Under the pieces are notes generated by a model that saw only the letters and a list, made by a program, of their open reading frames with translations, was not told the origin of the DNA and made no database searches. Below, piece by piece: positions 23,582-37,070 of a stretch of 64,000 bases of DNA (position 1 is its first letter; each line of letters begins with the position of its first letter). This DNA comes from Antedon mediterranea (lineage: Eukaryota; Animalia; Echinodermata), in the NCBI RefSeq assembly GCF_964355755.1, contig NC_092680.1, positions 21,089,045-21,153,044 on the forward strand, read 5' to 3'. Both the position numbers and the translations under genes were made by a program.

Positions 23582-26500
23582 GCTATGCAAAGCAAGATTT
23601 AGAAAGTTAGCAGTTTTGATAATTTTTAACAATAAACTAAAATATCTATAAAGGCAAAACATCACGTGGTTTTTAAAGTAAAGTACAGTATACGAATAAG
23701 CAGTTATTAGCGTTATCCTGGTTTCGCAATTTAATTGTAGCGAATGTTCTTAGAAATGGACAGACATCACTTTATAAATGTGATTTATGTGTTCTTTTAT
23801 AGTAAACTCTAAATTGTTAGAGTTGTTAGTTTCTTTAATCGCAGTAAATTTATATACAGTAGACAGTTGAAATTGCCGTACTACAGGCGTGTTTATCTCT
23901 CTCATTAAATTAATTCCATTTCCCCATCGGCGACTGCGATTTTCACTTTTGCAAATCTTTTTGATACAGTGTTAAAACGATATTTCCTCGTATACCAGTA
24001 GTCAATAGAGTAGAAAGCGTGGAGTTCAATGGAACGAACTATTCAATGGTGATATTTTCCTGTGCATGGAACAATTTGTAGTCTGCCCTGCTGCATTTAA
24101 TTCTAAATCAAGTAATGAGTTTAAAACGCAAGAATAAGGTACTCCACCAGAGAGATCCCAAATAAACGAAGACATGATGTGTACAAAAGTTAGGATGATT
24201 CGATCAAATGACTATGATCACCATGCAGTATATTAATTGTTTAAAATGTCATCTAAAGATCATGGTATTAGGCCTACTTGACAATGGTGTTCGTGAAGCC
24301 CTTTTATTCTATTAGTCTATTTGTTATTCAAGCATATAAATTGAACACAAATGCAATTGGAAGGCTTTTCTTGAAATAACTTTGAGTTACGAGTTGTGAG
24401 TGGTAGTACTTTTAAATCTAAACAAAACATATGCTGTTTCTAATTAATGTTGCAATGCTTCTTGTTTGAATATCGCGCATAAACCTTTGACCTTAAATCA
24501 GATCCGATATAATATTTTAATTAGTGTATTGGTTGCGTTATTTGCATTGACATAAATATTAGATTTTTGTTATTCCCTTTTTTAGGTTGACTCTTCTCGG
24601 TGGTAGGTTAAAGTCAATTATTAAATTATAACAAGCCTTCAAATAGCCTACTTGAAAACAGTTTGAGACCCATGTTATATAATAAACCTGCCTCATTATA
24701 GTTGAAGACTATTTTATTCATGCTTAAACACATTAATTGGTATTTCAATTGGGATGACACTTGTATGAACATGTCATTACAACGGGCATTACAAATTACG
24801 ATGCAATAAGTTTACCTTAATTTGTTTTGAGGTTTCTGGAAGCGCGCACACGTGTTCCCATTATAGAGTAGACGCCTTCTCAACAACCTTTCAAACTACA
24901 CTATGGGGCGCCATACGTTTGAAGAAATTATAAAGACGTCAAAATTGACACTTGTATTCTTGATTGTATTTATTTGGTTTAAAACGTGAATAAAATGACA
25001 CACAAAAAAATTGTACAGTATAAAAATGAAGCTAATTTAACCAAGGTTTGCGGTTTTTTTTTTAGATGGTCTTCTTTTCGAGGTTTTTACGGAGGCCCGG
25101 CTGTGCCAACGCGCGCAGATGTATAGTGAATCTTCGTGACACATAGTCGACCCTAGTGTCTCTATTATGACATCAAAAACAACATATTAGTCGAACGTTA
25201 AAATTATTACTATGCAAGCGATACAACGTAGGAAGATATTAATATTATTCTTTGCAAATCTACATCAACATACGAAGAATAAATGTAAGCTTAGTTATAT
25301 TTTTAGCATCATAACATTATAAAGGTCGTTGTGTGTCTCACCTAGGTTCAGGCGGCGTTTGATCGCAGACATAAACTTCCTTTATTCGTTAAAATAATGA
25401 TGATGAAAGCCAAAATCAGCTGCTATCCTCACGTGAAGTAGGCCTAATCTTTCCACCTCTTTCTTTCAACATTACGCGCGCAATGTGATACATGAATTAC
25501 GGGCATGACAAAGTAGGTATATGTTTCGTTCATGTTTGAACATGACCTTTGTCAAAATAGTGTGACCCTCTCTCAGTTCTGTGTCCCGTTGCATACTTTC
25601 ATTTTCAGAGCATCATGTCTCGTAAATATGTATAACGTCTTGTTTAACTGTCAAACTCGTACGTGTAACAACTATACGAAGCAATCAAACGCTAATTAAA
25701 TCACACTTTGATCATTTTCTTTGTCTTGGTTATTTTTTTTTTCGTTCGTTTTGATGCTTTTTGTTAAAATATGTGCAAATGTCACGGTTTACGCCAGTGA
25801 GTAATTGCCACGAAGAGCACTGATTATTTCAATGAGAAGAAATCGCGTTCGTTATAAATATTAGCGGTATTGTAAAAACACGATGACGACGTTTCATAGT
25901 TTATAGCATTATTCGGGCTGGTGATAAATATAGACTTATTAAAAGAAAGAAGATATTGAAAACAACTTTATTTCGAATGAAAGCCAGAATATAATGTCCT
26001 TTTACAGAATAAAAAATAATATAATATACCGGTGTGTGACGTGTGGATAACGTATAATAACGTAATGGAATATACGCATATCATCGGGGAATGGCAATAC
26101 ATTTCTGATTCTCCTGTTTCTCCACTCCCTGAGACTGAGATGAGACTTGGCGCATAATACTCAATAGTTTGTCCATCCTTTAAATGAGATCTTGTGCAAT
26201 GTATAATAAACAATAGTATGTCCATCCTATTACTGTATTGACAGAGTTGCTTTTAGATGTTTGAAATAAAAATAGATGCAAAGGGGAAATAGTATATAAA
26301 AAAAACAATAAACAGAATCACGTCAAGTCAGTTTCGTCTAGAAAACTGCTATCTTGTTGAACATTATACTTAGGCCTATTGATTGTGTTCTATTGTCATA
26401 TAATTATATTGCTCTCCATATAACACATAAGAGAAACACGTGGAAAGCAGATGATAAACCTCAAAAGCAGCTTAGCTTAACAACTACGATAATGATAATC

Positions 26501-26971
26501 TACATATAGAAAGTACTAATTCAATAGCCCTAACAGTATTTCAAATGTATACAGATGCTTCTACACACAATTTTTTCTCCACGCTTTATCAGCACCTATA
26601 CCATGATTAATCGTGACAACGGTACGGATGACGTGAGTCTATTGTAGGCATATTTCAAGTGAACACTAATTACCTAAAATCAATCGAGAGACATCGCGAG
26701 CTGAATGCGTAACCAGTCTGTCGGTAGTTTGCATATAAAATAGATATTATTTCAATAATAAAAACGATCATTGACGAATACGCGCTAAAGTGGATAGAAA
26801 GGTTATGGTTGACATCGTGAAGTGTAATTTATTTTAATAATTAAAAATACAATTAATCTTCCAGAAAAATTAACCACCTATAACGTACTGTGTATCCACT
26901 AGGCCTACTTGAGGCAATTGTAATATATCGCTCACTGCTGGCCAATAAAAGTAACGCTTACGCATTCAGTA

Positions 26972-27128
26972 AGCTCTGTCTACACTATCAAACTAGTTTG
27001 ACAAAAAAAGTGTGTTGTGCCCAAATATGGTAGTGATAATATGCTCGAATATGGTAGTGATATGCTTAAATATGGTAGTGATATGCTCGAATATGGATAC
27101 ATCACATAACAGTTCTATAGACAGAGCG
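26972..27128 (+). mobile_element. MITE family A
   Basis: AGCTCTGTCTACACTATCAAACTAGTTTGAC; internal 21-bp unit repeated three to four times. Confidence 0.85.
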
Positions 27129-27152
27129 TAAAACTAGAACGATCTTGCTTTA

Positions 27153-27798
27153 AAGCTTGGTTCCCACTAGATACACAACGTAACGCAACCTACACAACGT
27201 AAGAAAATTCCCTTCCAGTAATTGTGTTTTCCCCCGCCTGCGTGAAATCAAACCTACGATGTTTGCAGCACTGATGCGTCGTCGGTTCCCACTTGTGATT
27301 ACGCAATACAGCACTTTGCGTCAATATTCATGAAACTAATTCAAAATGTTCGTTTCGATCAGTCGGTTGCAATACGTCAGTCTACTCTTTTGAAAGATGA
27401 GTTTAAATTTAAAAAATAATTAAAAACAATTCAAGAATGATCCTAAAGCTTGGTTCCCACTAGCGACGCAACGTAACGCAAACTTACGCAACGTAACAAA
27501 ATGCCCTTCCAATAATTGTGTTTGCCCCCGCATGCGTGAAATCAAACATGCTTGTCGCGCGTCAACGTTAGCATGCCGTAGACTTTGACCTGGTTCACCC
27601 GGCGTACTTTTGAGTACGCGCTGTGTTATGTTACGTTTTCCAGCGGTGTTCTTTTACCTTGCGTTGTTGCGTGAAATCCCGTAGCGATGTTTGCAGCACT
27701 GTTACGTCGTCGGTTCCCACTTGTGATTACGCAATACAGCACTTTGCGTACAGTCGATACGTCGCTGCGTTGCGTTGCGTTCTAGTGGGAACCACGCT
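27153..27798. mobile_element. Two family B MITEs (27153-~27325 partial; 27447-27798 long form)
   Basis: TIRs AGCTTGGTTCCCACTAG / CTAGTGGGAACCACGCT, TAA/TTA flanks. Confidence 0.85.
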
Positions 27799-28738
27799 TT
27801 AACTAACCGTCGTACAGTAGGCCTAAACTCACTCATTTGGAGGCCTCTGTGTCTGTATGTTATAATTATCATTATTAATGTTTTCTTATCTACATTTACA
27901 GACATCGAATGTGAAAGACGGATATTGTTGAGTTTCTATAATAATTATTGTGTTGAAGGTTGAAAGTGGTACACATAAAAGGTAACTCGACTTGTTGATC
28001 TCCCTGTATTAACCGTCATTTAAAACCATTTTTTCTCTCAAGCTTACGCCAACAAATGTCAATTTTAAGCAAGTCAGATGAGCACGATCAAAGGCATGCA
28101 AGCGGCATGTACTTACTTAACGTAAAAAAATCTAAGAACTCACCAGTTTCATGCTAAATTCAGTGGCGAAGATCCTGGCATGTTGATCCTGATAAATTGA
28201 TAGCGGATAAAGTCACACTCGCGTAAGTGTTAACAAAATCGTGATACTACTGGTATCAACAACCTACCGAACAAAGTTCAATGTTATCGTCGGTTCAGAA
28301 AATAAAACATATTCTCCTCGATAATGTTATGAATCATTGATTCTGTAATGTATATGGAGCTCATCGTAGTTGATAAAACATAGTTCAACAAAATGATCGA
28401 CTTGTACAGCAGCAGGATATCACGTCGGTCCTGACTTCCTGACTACAGGAAGAGTTTGTGGAGCTAAGTGCCTGTTGCCCTAAGCTTCAAGTTCCATGAG
28501 ACGCCCTCATAGGTACGACGCTGTGTCGATAATGGCTTGTATGGTTGTCATGCTGACAATATATTAATAGACCTGATGTCTTTAAAGTGATTTAAATAGT
28601 TGCATAAGATTAATTATGCACGCATGCCTACAGCATGAAACAAGTATTTATGCCTAATCAACAAAGCGGCACGACAATGGATGACACGGCGTAAATGATG
28701 CAAAACGCGTCATGGAACAACAAACGCAAGAAAACTAA

Positions 28739-28928
28739 AGCGTGGTTTCCACTAGCGACACAACGCAACGCAGAGCAACGTATTGAGGACGCAAAGTGCT
28801 GTATTGCGTAATCACAAGTGGGAACCGGCCGACGACGCATCAGTGCTGCGAACATCGCGCAGCAATTATTGGAAGGGCATTATGTTACGCTGCGTAGGTT
28901 ACGTTGCGTCACTAGTGGGAACCACGCC
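28739..28928. mobile_element. MITE family B
   Basis: AGCGTGGTTTCCACTAG ... CTAGTGGGAACCACGCC, TAA on both sides. Confidence 0.85.
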
Positions 28929-30694
28929 TAAAGAGCACACTAATTAAAATCAATATAGGCCTATATCGTATCGTAATTCAAATAATTTAAAATTCTATTT
29001 ATCCTATTGTCACAGTCTATTGAATCTTCGATTCATAAACAGGAGGATAATCTGGCTATAAGTAAAATTGTTTGACATTTTCCGGCCAATTTCATTTTTA
29101 AACCTTGCTCTCAAAACTATCCCATCTGCAATATCTGTAAGTTTTCAAATTAAAATTCACACAAAATAAAAATCCTCGAAATAATTAAATTGTCATAATG
29201 ATACGATGATTTTGGCCGGATGTATAAAGGACATATCACAATGCAGAGCTACAGAGTTATCAGCGAATAAGATTAAAGGTGTTTTTACGGTGAAGAAATG
29301 TCGTAGTTAAGGTAAGCTTAGTTCCCACTAGGACGCAACGCAAGGACGAAATAAGGGGTGGAGGGGAAGGAAGAGAGATAGATAGAAGGAGAGGTTAGAG
29401 GAAGTAGGCTACAAAATGGATACGCCGTTCATCATGCATGTGATATTTATCTCGTGGTGGTAAAAAACCGGTTACGAGAACTTACTAATAACTCAGGACA
29501 AAGATATACAAAATATATTATTTGCGCATGGATATTATACTGTATAAGCAGCCCAGTTCATTATCGGGACTACTGACTGTATCGGTTTAAACAACGTTCA
29601 TCCTTCTTGGTCGTCTCCGTCGCCCAAAACGAAAGGTTCGCTCATCATCTACGCGATTGTGATTTTATGTTCTTCTTTATAAACATTATTTATTTTTGCA
29701 ATACAAACAATTATTATATGTTAGTAAGCCTTGCTTTTCAATTGATTAATTTGACCCTTTTGAGTATAAATATCTTTATAATTTATAAAAAAAACAATTA
29801 ACTATCTAACCGTTTAAAAGAAATTGAAGTATTTCTGAATAGCAATCGATCGTCAAACTGTCTGAGAAATGTATTGCACAAAGTAGGCTTCCTATGCATA
29901 AGAATAAAAAGAAAACAAACCATCTTTTTACTATTTTTTAGTTATATATTTACATAAATGAGTTACTGTTGTCTGTTTGTTTTAGAGTTGTTGCTGTATG
30001 TATGTATACTCTGATATTTTAATAATGATATCTCTAACTCAAGAAGACAAACAGTGCTTCTGCTAATACGCCCACGTGTCATTCCGGCGATGTGTCAATA
30101 ATTACGAAAACTGTAATTATCCTATAATATTGTTACTTACCGTCATGGCAGGTGATTTTTCTAATATTTCTTTATTTATACAAAAGGTTAATGAAGCCAT
30201 TTCCAAATAAAACATCTTGATGAGATAATGATACGCGCGTACATTGTAATTACGTCACGCCATTAGACTACATTGTTAATTAAAATGAGCATTGTAAAAT
30301 TGTTATGAAGTTTCTGAGAAATAAAAATGAATACATTATGTTGATTTTTACTTAAATGTTATGCTAGAATTATACTATAAATGAGAGTAAGCATCTAAAA
30401 ATATCGAATAGAAGCGCCGCCTCGTTCTACAGTAAGAGGTGATGTTTTAACGAGCGAACTGGATTGCATTTTACGATGTTAACTTAATAAGCGTAATCTA
30501 TATTCTACATCAATTGCAAATGTTTTGATACGAAACGTGCTTATGGTTCTTTTCTGTCCAGTCACATTTAAAAAATACTAAATGAGCAGTAAAAACTCCA
30601 TCAAACACAAAAACATTGTGGCGTTATAAACGTATCTCATGGGATGATAGTCATTCTATCCATAAGGCTGTTATGAGAATTGAAACAACAGTAA

Positions 30695-30990
30695 AATGGG
30701 CGAGTAGATCTATGATTGGTTGAACGTCGCGCGACGTGCACGCCACGCACAGTACGTAAAATAATATAAACCAATCATGGGTGAGATCTATGGCGCGACG
30801 TTCACACACAGTACGTAAAATAAGGTAAACCAATCATGGGCGAGTAGATCTATGATTCGTTTAACGTCACGCGACGTGCACGCACGGTACGTAAAATAAT
30901 GTAAACCAATCATGGGCAAGATATGATTGAGAAAACGTCACGCGACGTGCACGCACAGTACGTAACATATAATGTAAACCAACCATGTAA
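30695..30990. repeat. ~60-70-bp imperfect tandem repeat (about 4 units), CpG-rich
   Basis: Unit contains AAACCAATCATGGG, GATCTATG and CGTCACGCGACGTGCACGC...AGTACGTAAAATAA. Confidence 0.85.
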
Positions 30991-31806
30991 GTGAATAACA
31001 GCAATTAACACTGTAGGCCTAAACTAAACTAAATTTTACATTAAACACTTTCATTTTAAGGCACTTTGTAGACATATTTAATTTAAATCAATAAAAGTGT
31101 ATTACAGCAGTATGCCTGTGTATTGTGTATGAGACAAATATATAGCTTACCTTCTGTGACGACATGAAGTAAACGAATATATATTTATATCCATTCCTAT
31201 TCTTCTAATTACAGAGTTATCAGACAACACCAAGTTTTGTCAGACTTGCTATCCCAAAATGCACTGCTGCCTCTGAATGGTCAACTGTGGTCCGCCGCTG
31301 TTGTAACACGCGCGTGACATGATGTAATTAAATGGAAGAAGAATATACTAAATTTACACGTTTATTTGAAGCAGACAAACGGACAACACGTCAACAACAC
31401 GTCAACATGTAATGTAACTCATCAATCTATAGAACTGGAAAAAAAAAAACCTGCTTTCCATGACAAGTCAATTCTCATGGCACGTAAACTTACAGTTATA
31501 ATTATAAACACATAGCAAACATGAGGAAAATACATTAATAGGTCTATAAATAAATTAAATTATTAATTTCATTTTACATGACATAAATTATTAAAAACCG
31601 ACTCATTTTAATTAGGCTGCTATAGTGTTGCTCGAAGCAAGGCATTGCCATTGATAAACAATTAAACACATGTTCAATCATGACTCCATCTTTCTTTTGA
31701 GTTGTATAGTTTTGTAACAAACTGCAATATTAGTCCCACTTCTCGATTGAAATGTATTGTTTGTTTATTAGTTCCTCCATTCCATGCTGTTTTCATCATC
31801 TAATGA

Positions 31807-31966
31807 AGCTTGGTTCCCATTGGACAAAACGCAAAGACGAAGCCCAACGTAAATTGATTGACCAATCCCAAGCGATAGATTATTATCCAAACTACCGCTT
31901 ATCATTGGTCAGTTCGTTTGCGTTGCGCTTTCGTCCTTGCCTTGCATCTCCTAGTGGGGACAGCTA
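31807..31966. mobile_element. MITE family B, diverged
   Basis: AGCTTGGTTCCCATTGG ... CCTAGTGGGGACAGCT. Confidence 0.7.
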
Positions 31967-32908
31967 GCCGAATAAAAGAACATTTCATTCAAATCAGAGG
32001 TTTTATTTACATACATTTTTATTAGGCTAATTGCTAGTCATAATGTAAGCCTAATTATGGCCTAGTGGGTGGATGAACTGAATTGAAATATTTTATTTAT
32101 ACTGGGTGACATCTTCAGTCAAAGACTGGTCTTCCAAAGGGCCTAGTTATGATCAGTGGCTGTGATGTGCTAGTACACCGGGGTAACCCCCTACTTGTAT
32201 CGAAAGATGTAGGCCTACTATAGGTTCATTAATGGAAATGTATAGATATAAATTGGCAATCTTACCTATATTTGTCGTCAAACCTTTGAAACCTCGTCAT
32301 TGGCATAAACTGAACAAGCACAGCTATGAAAATACATTTTTATAATGTCCATGCACGACGGAAGTGCTTCAGGCAGTTAGAAATATGAAAAAAAAAAAGA
32401 GTTTCTATTATAGCTATCGCCACAAGGGAACAAGCAATCCGTAAATTCATCTTTATTATAAGAGAACATCTGCCTAATTGGACAGCTTATTTTTCTGATC
32501 GTAAACTGTATCGATTCTCTAGTATTTTGTTTAATTAGCTTGTGATTATAATCATTAAAACAATAATCATACAAAAAATATTTTACAGTAATGTAAAAAA
32601 TGGTCACCTTCAAATCAACTAATGCATCTAAGACATCCTCATTTCCTATTTAAACGTATAAATAATTTTATTCTTTCAGAATTTTCGAAAATAAATGGTA
32701 CCTTGATTCAATTCACCTATTTCTTTTCAATGTGATGCGCTTAATTTGTTTAGTGGGATGATGGGGTTGTCATAAGGAAGGCATGATAACAACCAATCGG
32801 GGTTGTAAGAACACCTTGTGGATTCAACAAATCACACTTGACATTTTCCTATCAATACTATCCCAGACATAATCTGTATACAATTCTTTACGTTAAACCA
32901 GTAATAGA

Positions 32909-33087
32909 AGCGTGGTTCCCACTAGCGACGCAACGCAAGGACGTAACGTAACGCAAGTGAATTGACCAATCACAAGCGATGGCTTATTCGCTTGTGATTG
33001 CTAACTGTCTTTAACTTCGCTTGTCATTGGTTAAAACGCTTGCGTTGCGTTTACGTCCTTGCGTTACGTTCAAGTGGGAACCAAGCT
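32909..33087. mobile_element. MITE family B, intact
   Basis: Long TIRs; nearly identical to the copy at 63385-63565. Confidence 0.9.
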
Positions 33088-33314
33088 TTAGTACGTGTGT
33101 ATTCAAATATTTAATACAAACCCAATAAAAACATTTTTTTGTAGACTAATCCCAGAAAGTTTGGATAAATTAATAAAAAACTATAATGTTGTGTAATATT
33201 TTATTTCAAAGAAGCATGTCTTTTAAAAACAATTAAAAAATGTATTTCTATAATATTATACATGTTGTGACATTATAATTGTCAATATGATAGGAATACT
33301 TAATTGAATCATGT

Positions 33315-33520
33315 TCATACGTACAAACGCACAGTTCATGCGTACATATAACGCATAGTTCATGCGTACATATAATGAACGATTCATGCGTACATATAAC
33401 GCACAGTACATGCGTACATATAACGCAGAGTCCATGCGTACATATAACGCACAGTCCATGCGTACATATAACGCACAGTTCATGCGTACATATAACGCAC
33501 AGTTCATGCGTACATATAAA
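33315..33520. repeat. 24-bp minisatellite CATGCGTACATATAACGCACAGTT
   Basis: About 8 tandem units. Confidence 0.93.
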
Positions 33521-35771
33521 ACCAACACATAATAATAGGGAAATTAGCACAAAAATCGTCTAAAATAATATATCAGTATAATAGTGAATTCGATTAGACA
33601 GTTAACTATTAACAAGAACAATATGAGAAATATGAATGCATTTCAAAGTCAGATAAAACCCGTCGTTGATGACGTCACAAGGTCACAAAAGGTCACGAAA
33701 GGAAATATATAGCTTAATGAGTGTAGATTTCAATGAAAAACTCAAAGTAGGTTGTTAAAAGCAATATCAGTATTACAATATTAAAGTGGTGATCATAAAA
33801 AAAAATTGTAATCTGTCTTAAGATTGTTTTCTTAACCGAATGATAATCGCAAATGTGCTTTCTTTAAAACTCACATGGTCTTAATCTTGTTATAATGCTA
33901 TTATAATAAACAACTGCGTTATCTTCAGTAAAAATAACATAAGTTAACATGAATTAAGATGTTGATATTGTTGGCAGAACATTAATAAATCCAGATTTAA
34001 AATGATAGAGCGTTTCAACCATCTTGTTTACATTGTCAACTAACAATTAATTTCTAAATTACCAGTTAGGAATTTAAAAAAAAAATGCTTTAAATAGATA
34101 AAATAAAAATACTGTGCCAGTATAAAAATGCAAAATATTTATGTTTTCTTTCTTATAAACAACAACAAAAATTACATATTTTTTACAATTATGTTACAGT
34201 TAACATGATGAAATTAGTACGCCGCTCTAGTAAAAGATAATAAATTAAGCTACAAAATGAAGATGAGTATAATGTGTAGATTAACCTGGTTTGCAACATT
34301 TAAACTCATTTGTCAATGGACATTATAACACGAATGATTTAATACAGTATGCAATACAATATGCATCAAAATAAATTACATATACATTTTGTATCTAAAA
34401 AAGTGTATATCTTAATACACTGTATATATAGTAGTAGACAACACAAGATGCATTCAAAATAATAATACATTTTGTATCTTAAAATGTGTATATGTGTTAA
34501 TACATTGTATTATATCCGAAATTTGATGATATATTTATGCTAAGGCAAGTTCCAGTCAAAAATTTATATTTTTCAAATTTTACAACTGTAAGCAAACAGC
34601 AAGTACATAGCTATGTTAATGTTTTTTAAATCTGGTTTGGGAAAACACGTACAACTTGAAAAGTGAGGGGACAATTAATTATTACATGTCTACTCACAAA
34701 ACATTTATGAAATAGAAAAACTATGTACACGATATTATATAATGGATATACGATATTTAAAAAGGAAAGGGCCACTAAACAAGTATAATAGAAAAATAAG
34801 ATACCATGATTTGATGCACACAATGGCATCATTTTGGTTGGCTACGATCTAAAACAAAGTCTCCTTTATGATTAATAAAAAAATCACTAATGTAAACTAA
34901 TGTAAAAAACTGTATAAAAAAGAAAATGATAAAATAAATATCTATTGTTATGGCATGGTGGTCTCTAAAATACTAACAACATACAACTTTAAATTTTTAT
35001 ATTAATTCTGGTTAATATAATAAAAATAGTTTTGTTTTTGAGGTGTTTTTTTCCATATTTTCTATAATATTTACAGTTACACAAACATTACAATTCACAC
35101 ATTATTTTTTACCACAAATTTCAATGGTATATATGTGAATTTATTATTAACTTAATACAATTAAATATACAGGTAGATCACAATGGCAGCTTATTCATTA
35201 ATACAATAATTACAAATTTAACAAAAATTGAAAGATAACATAATAACACCTTATTTGGTATAAAATAAGAGACTCATAAATGGAAATAATGCACTTCTTC
35301 TCAATGTTTACTTAATTAAAATGTCTAAACTCAGAAAGACAATACAAGACAGGAGACAACTTTGTAAAAAAGTTAGTTCCTGATAAAAATTAGGAAATTT
35401 GATTTTATTTTGGAAAATCTGGAGACTGAGTATTTTGAGTGTCTATCTTGTTGACACTCAATATAGTCAGAGTATCACAGACTTGCATTTTAAAATATTT
35501 TAATAGTTTAACTTATTCAATATTTAATAAGTCTTACAGGATTGAAGATAATAATTAATATAATCTTTTTAATTTATTATTAATTACTCCTGTTATTAGA
35601 ATTCATACATACATATTTTTTTAACACAAAAACAGAGTTGTTAAAAATTACACTAGTCTTTTTCAATACAGGTGGGTTTGAGCAATATCATAATAGCAGT
35701 TTTTCTGGGTAGAAATGTTTAAATTAAAACTGGTGGAATGAGTATGTTAATTATACAGCATTTTAAGACTT

Positions 35772-36803
35772 TTACGGCCAGTTAAATGTGCGTCCAACTA
35801 TTTCATAAAATTTCTCGTTATACGGTTGATAAAACTTCTGCAGTTTCTCAATGACAGTTTGATCAATATCAGGATGTTTTCGTCCTTTGCTATTTGATAA
35901 ACATTTAGAAGTCTCATCTTCTTTTTTCATACAATAAAATCCTTTTGTTTTGTTGAGGTATAAATTTTGATCCGAAATAAAATCATGTAAACCAAGAAAC
36001 CGTTCGACATGTTTTAACTCGGGTAACGGATTTGAAATAAGCGCATCACCGTCTACAACGAGAATCTGGTTACCGCTGAAATATTGTTTCCAACGCTGGA
36101 TATATTTTGAGTACATACTTATACGAACGGCTTTGTAGGAAGTGTTTATTTCACCATTTTGGATCACAAGATCTTCAAATCGCTCATGCGTTAAGCCTTG
36201 CTCAGTTTTGATTTCATGGATTTGTGTGTAGTCTGATATAACACGCAAAACTGGATCTCGAACAATTACAATTAATTTCATCGAAGCATTCATCTGATGG
36301 ATTCTACCAGGGGCTTCTTCCGTGATAAAGTATGCGGGACTTTTTTCAATAGTCACCTGATGTGGGTAGGAGTACGGCATTTTACGACGATACCACTCGA
36401 GTCCTTGGCGATAGTTTTCCTCCTTATCAAAGTAGTGAACTTCTCTTCCGCATTTCGCGACGTCAGGATGTATTGCAATCAGTTCTAGCAATGCACGAGT
36501 GCCACCTTTACGAACACCAATTATAATGGCTTGAGGAAGCCGTCTTTTCATTCCTTTTTGATGACTATCTTCCAAGCGATCGAATTTGTTGTTTTGTTGT
36601 TTCATTCGGTTGGCTGCTATAAACCTGTTTCGTTGCTGCTCTGGTTTCAGATAACAGATTACATGTTTTAAAGATACATCTTGGCCAAACATGAGCAAAG
36701 TAATCAGAATTGAACCACAGATGGTTAAGATTAGAAAAACCAATTTCTTTTTACTATTAAATAATTGGAATCCATAAGAGGCCTTATCAACATGTTCCTT
36801 CAT
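35772..36803 (-). CDS. HS3ST5: Heparan sulfate glucosamine 3-O-sulfotransferase 5-like, paralog b
   Basis: Type II TM anchor; LPQAIIIGVRKGGTRALLE, EVHYFD, EKSPAYF, RVISDYTQ, YKAVR, CLSNSKGRKHP; C-terminus GRTFNWP close to vertebrate HS3ST5. Acceptor at 36821-36822. Confidence 0.9.
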   Translation of the reverse strand: MKEHVDKASYGFQLFNSKKKLVFLILTICGSILITLLMFGQDVSLKHVICYLKPEQQRNRFIAANRMKQQNNKFDRLEDSHQKGMKRRLPQAIIIGVRKGGTRALLELIAIHPDVAKCGREVHYFDKEENYRQGLEWYRRKMPYSYPHQVTIEKSPAYFITEEAPGRIHQMNASMKLIVIVRDPVLRVISDYTQIHEIKTEQGLTHERFEDLVIQNGEINTSYKAVRISMYSKYIQRWKQYFSGNQILVVDGDALISNPLPELKHVERFLGLHDFISDQNLYLNKTKGFYCMKKEDETSKCLSNSKGRKHPDIDQTVIEKLQKFYQPYNEKFYEIVGRTFNWP

Positions 36804-37070
36804 GATGCCAAAGATTCAACCTATATAAGTGTAAAAAAAAAACACAAATTGGTATTTCTAAATATTATTAGTTATAACAGTAATGCACTAGCTAGGGCTA
36901 CTCTTCTTATATTAATTATTAATAATTATACAATCCAACCCCGGGAGAGGTGTCATTTTTTTAGAATAAAATTACTCTAGTCTAAGTAAGAATAGCCTAT
37001 TATTATTATTTAGTTCAGTTCAGCTGTGAGGTAAATGTAGGGGGGTAATTAGGTAGTGGTTTTATATAGA

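Noticed and set aside
25968-28560. Short ORFs and GC-richer patches between the HS3ST genes
   Set aside because: No recognisable domain or consistent splice structure; several overlap MITEs.
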